Under the pieces are notes generated by a model, which worked only from the letters and a program-made list of their open reading frames with translations, made no database searches and was not told where the DNA came from. 32,314 bases of DNA from Alloascoidea hylecoeti (lineage: Eukaryota), in contig BCKZ01000017.1 of the NCBI GenBank assembly GCA_001600815.1, forward strand, positions 62,001 to 94,314. Direction: 5' to 3'. Made by a program: the position numbers and the translations under genes. Of this stretch, positions 1-10,496 are shown one piece after another; within the stretch, counting starts at the first letter, position 1, and every line of letters begins with the position of its first letter.

Positions 1-731
1 GTTGATTCTATTGAATTAGCTCATCCTTATACGAAAACTTTTGATAGAGTTGAATATTGTGATACCGATGAACAAGCTATTAATATTGTTGATACAATTA
101 TTACTCGTGGTGCTCAAAGACCTGGTAATTCAAGTCAGTCGATAATTGAATCAAAAGATATATTAAATGAAAATACTGAAGGTGCTACAGAAAATGATAC
201 CAATGGTGATAAAACAAATGGTGAAGAGGAAAAAGACGAACATGAAGGGAAAATAGCTGTTCATTTAACAACTCTTTATATTGGTATAAAGTTGAATCTT
301 CATCGTGAGTTTTTGAAACCAGGACAAGTGATAATATAATAAGATTTAACTAATAAAAATAGGTGTCGATCGAAAATTGGATATTCAATATCCTTGTTCT
401 GATTTTTATAACGTTTGCAAGAACTGGCCACAATATAATGATGATATTAATAGTGTTAGCATTAGAAACGTTCGACTGTAAGTTTACACAAAACTTTATT
501 CATTTATGATCTTATAAAGCTAACATTTTAAAAATAAAATAGATATGATTTACCGGATGAAGTCTATGCTGAAGGAGAAACAAGACCCGAGAAACCGGTT
601 AATAAGAAGCGAAAAAGAGATAAGGCAATAAAGGTATGGTACTTATTTGAATTTTTTCATTCTCATTTATATTATTATATTTTTTGCATTATCTTCTCAC
701 ATTCTTTATTTATTGATTAATGTACCTATAT

Positions 732-763
<32 letters not shown>

Positions 764-979
764 GTTTTGCATTAAAAAATTTCATCATCATTAATGATTA
801 CACGAAAATGGGATTTTAATTATAATTCTTTTTCTTTCTACCTTTATCCTACTTGCTATATACATTTTAAACATGTATATAACGAATGTGATAATTTTCT
901 ACATTTTGAAATATTTTTCATATAAATTCAGGGATTAGGGAAGAAGTCTAGATCAAATGATTCGGTTATTACCAATTAA
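1..979 (+). CDS. PAP1: Poly(A) polymerase, 3' part (C-terminal RNA-binding domain and NLS); spliced, 5' end lies outside the window
   Basis: Manual splicing gives exons 1-304, 363-477, 543-633 and a putative 932-979. Introns are GTGAGT..TAG (305-362), GTAAGT..GCTAAC..TAG (478-542) and GTATGG..CAG (634-931). Translation ...IELAHPYTKTF...HLTTLYIGIKL...KLDIQYPCSDFYNVCKNW...RNVRLYDLPDEVYAEGETRPEKPVNKKRKR resembles the yeast Pap1 C-terminus (TTMYIGL..DIHIPC..YDLPDEVF..KRK). The last exon is uncertain (see findings). Confidence 0.88.
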
Positions 980-1563
980 TTTTGTTAATAAATACAAAGC
1001 AAGCGAATGAGGAAACAAACATCACAGGTAATTATAAAAAACAGTTTATTATTTCTTTTTTTATTCAAATGTTAACATCGGTCTAATATTAACATTGTTG
1101 GATTAAACAGGTAGAGTATGTGGTCTTTTAATTTCAATTCGCTTCACTTACTTCATATTCTTCTTTTTTCTTTTTTCCTCTTTCCTCTTTCCTTTCTCTT
1201 TTCTCCTTTTTTCTTTTTTAATTTTCACTCTTAGTATAAAATTTGCTATGGTATGATAGGTAAGTGAATTAGATCATGATTAAATTATTATATGAGACAC
1301 ATTGAAACCGAAGAAAACGAGTAGATAAATTGACAATTCCCTAAAATTCAGCTGGGTAGATTTTAATTGCAATTAATTGAGTAGTTTTAAGTTCCTTGGC
1401 AATTTACAAAATGGATTTAATCTAATCATACTTTTTTATAACTATAACCATTAATATATAGAGTGGACTGGATATCCATATACTAGGTTTTCGTTAGGTA
1501 CCCGTTTCTTGGTCTTACTTTTTTTTACTCTGCTGAAATATCTATTATTTAAAGATTATTAAC

Positions 1564-1578
1564 TATTATTATTATTAA

Positions 1579-1630
<52 letters not shown>
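1564..1630. repeat. (TAT/ATT)n trinucleotide microsatellite, about 22 units with one interruption
   Basis: Run of tattattatt... directly visible. Confidence 0.95.
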
Positions 1631-2936
1631 GTTATCATTTTAATCTAATTTTTTATTGTTTTTATCTTTTGTAATGCAAACAAATATTTTTTCTATTTAT
1701 TTAAACTTAAGCTTAACTAACTTTCAAATATATTTTTTAAACTGTTAGCCTATAAAGGATATAAAAACACATGAATTACAACAACGACACGAACTTGAAA
1801 GTTATCTAAATAAAATAATGAATGGGTATATCTATCAGTAACTATAAAACACCATGAACACCATATCACATATTTCAAACATCGAATTGGCATCTTGTTA
1901 ATATCAAAATCTACAAAGCAAGTACAAAACAATTGGATATCATACATTTTTTTGATTATTTAATAAAGATGTCAATTAATTAACGGCAACAAAATAATCA
2001 AACCTTTTGTGATTAACTTATAGTTATTATTAATTAAACCCGGGGGATTATTTATTTATTTATTTATATTTTCTTTAAGAGATAAATTGTTAACATGTTT
2101 TTCCGTCATTATAGAGATACTTTTTTCAATAAGAAAACAAATATTCCAAAAAAAAACTTAGGATAAACTATAGCCTTTCCTTTTCAAATTTTATTTCAAT
2201 ACTTATATATACTACTCTTTTTACAAAACAAAAACTGATATTGTTATTATTTGTCATTTATAAAAAAAATTCTTTTATCATATTTCTATTTTATTTACTG
2301 ATTTGATTTGTTTAGTAATTTGTTATAATTTTATTTGCAGGTATATAACTTACATATCATTAATATTTCAATACTTTGCAATTGGTTATAGTTGTTTATA
2401 TTTGTATTTGTATTTGTGTTTTTATTTGTATTTAGAAGGATAATTAAGGATATAAATGTAAATTTTCAATTAGTTATGTCAATTAATGCTGTATTAAAGA
2501 TAATATTGTCAAAAGAAGGATAAGCCGGAAGCTTTTAAGTTCCTTGCAATTGCGGATAGTTTAAAATATACTACCGCGGAAGTTGCTATTTGTGTTCACA
2601 GTTTTAACTACGTCAAAAATGGTTTAATGGTAGCAACAGAATATTTATTAATAATTTTTTGTAGAGCTGAAGAAATATAAATGTATAGTTATTAATAAGA
2701 ATAAATAGTAATAGATGGGAATAAAAAGGAATAAAAATGATAAATAATTTGGCGAAGAATGTAATATGTATCACCGAATTAGGAAAAATGGTATCTCACT
2801 TTGCATCTTTGATACTTTTATATTTCATTATTCACTCCAAATATTTATAATCTCAATTCCAATCTTTTAAATTTATTCATTAAATCTTCAATTCTTTCCA
2901 TTTTCATCCAACAACTTTTCCAAAAATAAAAAATAT

Positions 2937-4451
2937 ATGGTTCTTCATAAATTATCATCATCAGCAAAAGGATTATTAACAACCGGTAAGTGCACATATA
3001 AACAAAGATATGTTATGGATTTTATGCTTTTCTTTCTCACACCTCTAGATTTAATCCAGTGCCACCACCATGAACTATCTTTGTATGCTTTTCTATCTTT
3101 ACCATCCCATTTATAAATACTAACTTCTTATTTTTGATGTTCTCAAGGGAAGGCAGCAGCTCCGAAATCTCCAAGGCCTGGTTCCGCCACGCTATCTAGC
3201 AACCACCCGCCGCCCGACGCCTCCACGGTCAACATTGATGATGTCGACGAGGTTGGAGATGAAAATCAAAGCATCATCATGGGAATCATATCTCAATTAC
3301 GTCCAGGCAGCGATTTAAGCAGAATCACTCTTCCCACCTTCATTCTCGAGCGTAAATCAATGCTTGAAAGGATAACAAACCAGTTACAGCATTACGATAT
3401 TTTGTTAGCTGCGGAAAAGGAAGAAGACCCTGTTCAACGATTTCTTTTGGTTCTAAAATGGTATTTGAGTGGTTGGCACATTACTCCAAAAGCTGTTAAA
3501 AAACCGTTGAACCCGGTTTTGGGTGAATATTTTACTTGCTATTGGGACTTACCTGATAAATCAAAGGCTTATTATGTTTCAGAACAGACTTCCCATCATC
3601 CACCAAAATCTAGTTATTTTTATTCGGCTCCAAGTTATGGCATTAGAATTGACGGGAAACTCGTCCCCAAATCGAGATTTTTGGGAAATAGTGCTGCTAG
3701 TATGATGGAAGGTGTTACTCATTTACAATTTGCTAATCATAGACATGAACAAAATGATAAAAAGATCCCGGAAAAGTACTCTTTAACACAACCAAATATG
3801 TATGCAAGAGGTATACTCTTTGGAAAGTTTAAGTATGAAATGGGAGACCATTCCATTGTGAAATGTCCATCGACCGGATTAATTGCGGATGTTGAGTTTA
3901 AAACAAAGGGTTTTATCTCTGGTACTTATAACGCCATCTTTGGTGAAATTAAAAACGAGTCTACTGGAGAAGTTTTATACGAACTAACTGGTAAATGGAA
4001 TGAAGTAATGGAAATTAAAGATGTTAGAACAGGTAAAAAATCTGTATTTTTTGATGCTTTTACAGCAAAACCTGTAGCACCAAAAGTTCGACCTATTGAA
4101 GAACAAGGTGAATTTGAATCTAGGAGACTTTGGAAAAAAGTAACTGATGCCCTAGGACAAAGAGATCATGAAGTGGCAACTGAAGAGAAGTATCAAATTG
4201 AAAACTCGCAACGTGTTAAGGCGAGACAACGAGAAGAAGAAGGCCTTGAGTTCCACCCTAAATTGTTTAAAGCTGTTGATGATGAATTGGAATTTGAGAT
4301 TTATAAACCGATTAATATAGATTGGACTCCTGAACAACAGGTTGAAGCCATTTTATCGATTGCTCCTATTTTGCCTGGTCAGAATTTTGGAGAACATTTT
4401 GAAATTCCTGCTCATAAAAAACACGAAGACGAGATTAAATTAATTAATTGA
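2937..4451 (+). CDS. OSH6: Oxysterol-binding-protein family lipid transfer protein, Osh6/Osh7 type
   Basis: Exon 1 2937-2985 (ATG, MVLHKLSSSAKGLLTT), intron 2986-3147 (GTAAGT..TACTAAC..AAG), exon 2 3148-4451 in frame with the 390-aa ORF. Motifs: LPTFILE, KPLNPVLGE, EQTSHHPP (OSBP signature), acidic N-terminal DDVDE stretch and C-terminal APILPGQ, typical of Osh6/7. OSH6 versus OSH7 cannot be separated. Confidence 0.93.
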
Positions 4452-4656
4452 TATAGTAATAATTTTTGCAATTTGATAAATTATATATTTATATTTATAT
4501 TTAGAAAGTAAAATTTGTGTGGTACATTTCGCGTAGTTACATTAGTGGTAGTTATTTATTTTTTGTTTGTAGCAAATCCCCGGCTCCACAATTAATAATA
4601 AGTACTCACACTTTTGTTCATCTTCACCTTTTTCATCAACAACCGAAAGACTAAAA

Positions 4657-6181
4657 ATGGACGAGACCCGTTACCAAGTATTTATCTACTTACCAGAACA
4701 TTTCTTTTCATTATAATTATCATTAACTGTTATTTTCCAGATACCGAAAGTGGACTCTCCTTGGAATCATATCCCGAATGATGTTAACGATTTGGTAAGT
4801 ATATATACATAGACAAATATCTAGATTTATAAGCATAAACGTTAACAATGATATTTAAAAGACTTCAAGATCATCTACAAGACCAGTCAACCTTCTTTCG
4901 GTAACAGTTGAAGGAGATAAGTCAGTAACAAACGATTTCTTGAAAACCCAATTGAGTCCTCTTCTTGCGAATTCAAACTTTACTGTCGACTCAATAAATA
5001 AAGCTTCTTCCAACGTGTTAACAAACCTTGAAAAATATGGGTTATGGGACTCAGTCAAAATCCAATTTGATACTGATAATAATAGTATCACTAAATCCAA
5101 TGAGCCGCTTCAATTAAAAGCAATCATTCGAGCGAAACCAAAACAATTTGATAATTTATCATTCGCCGGTACAGTTGCAGATAATGATGGAAGTACCATT
5201 TTAAGACTTTTACGACAAAATGCTTTCAACCATGGAGAATTTTTGAATATTTCATTTCTATTATCAAATCTAAAACAAATTCCAAATAAATCATATTTAG
5301 CTGATCTTGAAGTACCAATTCTTCAATCACAAAAACTAAAATTGAGGTTGTTTTCTTCAAATACAAATTCCATGAAAGTTGATAATGATTTCCCTTTTTC
5401 TTCAAATCGTCAAATTCAAAGAGGTGTTATTGCAAATTTCTTAAAGTTTACTAACCCATTTTGTTTTCTAAATGTTGGTATTTCTGGTGTACAAAGAACT
5501 ATAACTGATATTTCAGATGGTACTAGTGATGTTATAAAAAGAGATGTTGGAGATTCTTTTAAAGCCAGTTTAATTGGTGCCGGTACAATTGATACCAGAA
5601 ATTCTACTTTATTCCCAACAAAGGGTATTTACGCCAATCTTGAACAAGAATATGCAAGTCCTAACTTCTCAAGTGATGTTAATTTTACCAAAACAACTTT
5701 GGATGTCAAATCACATCAATCTTTTTTAAAAGATTTTATTACTTTCTCTTTTGGTTTGAAATCCGGTTATTTAACTTCAAACTCTCATACTTTAGATAAA
5801 TTTTATGTAAGTTTGGATGATTCAATTAAAGTACTTGATAATGATATTGCTACAAGAACTTATCATCAAGCTGGTCAAAAAGATGGTAATGATTATTTAG
5901 GTGGTGAAGCATTTACTTCTTTTTCAACTGATTTTCATATGAAATTCCCATTTCAATTAAAACCATTAAATTCTCCTTTAAGATTATATGGTTTTGCAAA
6001 TGCTGTTAATTTACAATTAAAATCTTCAAATGCTTTACAAAATTTATCAAATATTGATGAATATGAAGTTTCGTATGGTGCCGGAGTTGCATATTCTTCA
6101 AATGCTGCTAAACTAAAATTATTGTATACAAATTTTGGACCAAGGGCTTCGGTTACTCTTGGATTTGGTACAAGTCTTTAA
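4657..6181 (+). CDS. SAM50: Omp85-family mitochondrial outer membrane beta-barrel, Sam50-like (divergent)
   Basis: Exons 4657-4677, 4741-4794 and 4862-6181; introns GTATTT..CAG (4678-4740) and GTAAGT..GTTAAC..AAG (4795-4861). POTRA-like start (VTVEGDKSVTNDFLKTQLSPLL), NAFNHGE, DTRNSTLFPTKG, DYLGGEAF, SPLRLYGFANA and amphipathic beta strands ending TLGFGTSL. Confidence 0.8.
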
Positions 6182-6328
6182 TTTGAATAGAAATAATAAT
6201 AATATATTTAAAATATAACTTATAAAATATATAAAATAGTAGAAATCTTATAGTTTTATATTGTATGATGTTTGGAGGTAATAAATATTTCACTTGTTCC
6301 ACTCCATAAAATAAAATTATACTTCAAA

Positions 6329-6995
6329 ATGGATATGGAAATAGATCCCCCTCTAATAACACCAAGTATGTGTTTATTCTGCTTTTCTAACTCGTATATA
6401 TAATCTCTAACTTGTATTTAAACCAGATGCAACAACAAGTGAAGGTCTCAATATTGTAAAATGTATGTTTGAAAAATCGAATCAATGATTGAAACAACAA
6501 CTAATAATTGATAATTGAGTTTAGCAATTGAAGGCTACATACTTATAATTACAAATGTTCATGAAGAAGCTTCGGAAGAAGATTTAGCTGATTTTCTTGA
6601 GGAGCATGGGACTATTCAAAATATTCATTTGAATCTTGATAGAAGGACTGGGTTTGTTAAAGTATGATTATGAATATAATTATGATATGCTAATCGTTTC
6701 AATTTTTTTCGATTCATACTAATTATTTGTATAGGGTTATGCATTGGCTGAATTCGACAAATTGGATGAAGCGATAAAAGTTAAAGAGGCAATTAATAAT
6801 GCTGAGTTTTTAGGTCGTGATTTAGAGGTTGATTTTGCTTTTATAGCTCCACCACAATCCACAGATAAAAATGATAACATTTCGAATTATGAAGATGACG
6901 ATGAAAATGTAGAACGAGGAAATGAAAGAAATACTAAAAGAAGTCTAGAGGGACGATTGGGAAGGAGAGAAAGGAGTTTAAGTCCAAATCGATGA
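6329..6995 (+). CDS. RBM8A: RNA-binding protein Y14/RBM8A, exon junction complex core subunit
   Basis: Exons 6329-6365, 6427-6462, 6525-6661 and 6735-6995 with GTATGT/GTATGA..AG introns. The spliced product contains [22 protein letters not shown]...[20 protein letters not shown], the hallmark Y14 RRM, and ends in an RS-like RERSLSPNR tail. The ORF track caught only the last exon. Confidence 0.95.
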
Positions 6996-9098
6996 TGATA
7001 ATACATAAGAAAAAATTCATGTGTATGTTGAAATTGAATTATTAAAGTTTGTAATCTAATGACCTCCCAATTGATTTGCTGGAGATTTTCAATCCATATA
7101 CAGTGGATACCGTCCTATTAAACTTACAAATAATTGGTATTGGGATTTTTATACTGTTCTACAGATAGCTTAAGATGTTATAAATGACAGTTTAATTTGA
7201 TATTTATTAATAATCGATTTCAATAGTTTCAAATTCACGTTATATATATATAGACTTCTAATTGCAACTTAATTCTGATCTGAATTATAGGCGTATCATA
7301 AAGCAATATAGTAATTTTATATGGTTAGTAGCTAAGGAGTATTAGTATCATTTTGATTGGTTTGAAAAAGCAATTGTAACATTATACAGAAATATAACCA
7401 GTAAAAAAACATATATTTGGTAGATAGGGCTATAGCTCTTTTGGTCTACATCATCATAGTTCTGAAAAAAAAAAAATCTTAAAGAAGTAACCTCTTTAAA
7501 TTTGTATAATAATCATGCCACCGATATCATTGCAATTGTCTTGTTATACTTCAATTGAAAAAATTTGTATGTGGTAAAGCTACCTTGTGAATTAGAACAT
7601 GATAAGCTAGAGGTTTAGTAATTGGTGGAAATTTTGTTATAATCTTGACTAAAGGTGTTATAGTCATTTAAGTAGATTAGTTATCTGGGTAAATATATAA
7701 GTGCACTACTGTCTATTTTCAACACTGATAACTTCAGATTTAAGAACCAAGGCATCTAGCACTGATATCGATTATAGCTTATCTAATGCCATTGTTTACC
7801 GAAGATTCATTACGCTTATAAGACTTTAAAACACTTTCAATATTAATGATGAATTCTAACACTCTTATAGATATCTTTTAAATATATTTGGTGCCGTTTC
7901 GCATAAAGTATTCATATGTTACACTTCTACAGACTTACAGTGCAAGCTTAAACCGACAATATTTCGGATTTTGCCCAATATAGTCTCTTCACGAGTCTTC
8001 GGTGACCAATAAGTTTGACCAGATTGCTTTAATTAAGCGGCAATTATAACACTAATTAAGAGTACTATTGTTTCATCTAAGACATGTAGTATTTGCCAGA
8101 TACTTGTCGTCTTACCAACATCTTTGTTTCTTTAATTCTCAATTGCAATATTGAGCATGCCCAATACCCATGATAAATTGTTTCAGAATAGCTATAGTAT
8201 GATTATACGGAACGGAAGTAGTTAATATTAATATTATCAATTATGAATAACACCCACAGGGATTTGGGACCGAATATATATTTAATCTACTACTCTTAAT
8301 TATAATGTATAATCTCAGGTACAACTGCACGGCTGCAACGCTTTACTCGATCGAGTTCTTTGAAAAGGCTTTTACATACAAAATTAAAATTTTATATATA
8401 ATGATATTCAGCGGAGCTAGTGGATTTGTCACTTAATAGAATACTACAAAACTGAAATCTGATTGACATTTAGGATATAATAAATACATAATACATACGT
8501 ATTGCGATTATAAATATATAAGTTGACGATGTGAATTAGTATTCTGCGGTTACATCGATAAAGCTTATATAATTAAAACAAGATATCAATGGATACCTTA
8601 TAATTATGCAATTCTTAAGCTTTAAATATACGTACCCTTTTTTAAAAATTATTACCTTCATATAGATATAAATTAATTAATACTAAATTAATCACATATG
8701 TGAGAACTATGTCGATGATGTTGTATGTTTAATTAATATTTCATAATTAAGGGAGCCTCGAAGGGGACATATCTCAAATATGTTTCATGATCAAACAATA
8801 TAACATTACATATTTGAAGCTTATACCATATGATTTTCTAGAGTTCGCACCACTGTCCTATTCATTATTAATAGATATTTTTGTAATTACTATATGTTAC
8901 ATAAAAGCGCCTTGTAACTAAGTAAGCTTTGACTTATATAAGTTCATAGTCTGATCGTATAGATATGAAGGATCAATTTATCCTTCAGATTTTATTTTAA
9001 AAGAGAAGAAATACCCAGATTCTAATAAATATAAAATTATCATATATCTCATCTTTATAACTAAATTTTATCGTTCTAATACTTAGAAAAAGATAAAG

Positions 9099-10388
9099 AT
9101 GAATTCACTTCATTCAGTTACTATCTTAGGAGTAGCTGTGCTATTATCCTCCAAAGTCATTGCCGAATGTGCTGGTCTCTATAGTCAATGCGGAGGGTCC
9201 AATTGGGCTGGTGCGACTTGTTGCTCCGTTGGTACCTGTTCACAACAGAATGACTATTACTATCAGTGCGTTTCCACAGATGGTTCCAACATGGAAACTT
9301 CAGCTGCTGTTATTAACTCATCCCCCTCAGTTTCCAGTATCAATATTGTAGCAACGTCTGGTCCCGCTGTTACTTCAAGTTGCACCTTTTCGAGTTCATC
9401 TTCAGCCAATGCGGTTAGTATTGCCGATACTTATGAAACTACTTTGGAAACAGCTTATGTTCAAAGCACTACCGCTGATGATGTTGTTGTTAGTAGTAGT
9501 GGTCTAGAAAAAGCTGCAGGTGTCGAAGATACAACATATGGAACATTTGCTACATCCTCTTCCGCTATATCTAGTACTGTTACAGGATCTGGTACTACAA
9601 CGTTTCCCACAGCTACTCGTACAGCTGATACAGCCTCAACATGGGATCCACCTGCCTCATTGGTTACTCCACTATCTCAAGTATGGACCCATGAAATGTC
9701 AACTTACTCCGATCCCACTGGATTCAAGAATTATGGATTTGATCAAGTTATGGCCCATGAAGGGAAGATAAATTATTGTGTCAGGTGGGAAACCAATAGT
9801 ACAAAACTTACTGAGACATATAGAGCAGAAATCGAAGCTGCTTTACAAAAGCAATATTCTAAATGGATGGATTGGTTAATTGGCTATGATGGCTTTCCAT
9901 ATACAAGTGTCCCAGTATCAGTTGTTGGCTGGGCTGTTAAATCAAAGGATCTTGTTGAAGGTGATACGACTGGTCTTAATATTTATACTGATACAGATTC
10001 GGATGGTATTCCTCAATGTTCTGAAAACTGTGGTAGGTATTTCCATACAGATAATGATTATTCCAGTTGTGCAGCTGGATCAGATCAACATTATGATCAT
10101 TCACTTTGGTTAACAGAAGGTATGGATGGTGGTGCTGGTGGTGATTGGGGTCAAAGAATAGGTTTAGAATATTTCATAGATGCTGTTGAAGCTGGCACCG
10201 AAAATATTCACATTTATCTTCATGAATTAGGACATACTTACGCATTGGACGACTTTTATGATTGGATGCCGGATGGAGTCACTGAATTCATTATGAATTC
10301 GGGCTCTTCAACTGTAATTACCGACTTTGATGGCTGGATGTTTAGGGATTGGTGGACAAATTTAAAGAGTCGTTATGACCTCAGCTAG
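9099..10388 (+). CDS. Secreted protein: signal peptide, CBM1 carbohydrate-binding module, Ser/Thr linker and putative zinc metallopeptidase domain
   Basis: Intronless 429 aa. Hydrophobic signal ending VIA-E; CBM1 consensus [34 protein letters not shown] (about 9168-9272); roughly 120-aa S/T-rich linker. The C-terminal domain has [26 protein letters not shown] (10221-10253) and a downstream FIMNSG that resembles a Met-turn. Confidence 0.9.
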   Translation: MNSLHSVTILGVAVLLSSKVIAECAGLYSQCGGSNWAGATCCSVGTCSQQNDYYYQCVSTDGSNMETSAAVINSSPSVSSINIVATSGPAVTSSCTFSSSSSANAVSIADTYETTLETAYVQSTTADDVVVSSSGLEKAAGVEDTTYGTFATSSSAISSTVTGSGTTTFPTATRTADTASTWDPPASLVTPLSQVWTHEMSTYSDPTGFKNYGFDQVMAHEGKINYCVRWETNSTKLTETYRAEIEAALQKQYSKWMDWLIGYDGFPYTSVPVSVVGWAVKSKDLVEGDTTGLNIYTDTDSDGIPQCSENCGRYFHTDNDYSSCAAGSDQHYDHSLWLTEGMDGGAGGDWGQRIGLEYFIDAVEAGTENIHIYLHELGHTYALDDFYDWMPDGVTEFIMNSGSSTVITDFDGWMFRDWWTNLKSRYDLS

Positions 10389-10496
10389 AAGATATCTAGC
10401 TATCATATATAGTGTTCAATAGATACACGTTAGTGGATCGGAGGATTTAATAAATTATTTATGATTTATGCTTTTTCAAGAATAAACTCAAAATAT

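Noticed and set aside
1750..1947. 65-aa minus-strand ORF
   Set aside because: No recognisable motif. It lies antisense to a better-supported plus-strand candidate exon with branch site and acceptor.
3523..5100. Short ORFs overlapping OSH6 and SAM50 (3523-3705, 4152-4337, 4855-5100)
   Set aside because: Alternate-frame or antisense shadows of well-supported genes.
7000..9098. 2.1-kb gene-free spacer as a possible ncRNA or element
   Set aside because: No ORF, tRNA fold, terminal repeats or internal homology could be seen by eye.
9160..10113. Three short alternate-frame ORFs inside the CBM1 gene
   Set aside because: Shadows caused by codon bias; no independent evidence.
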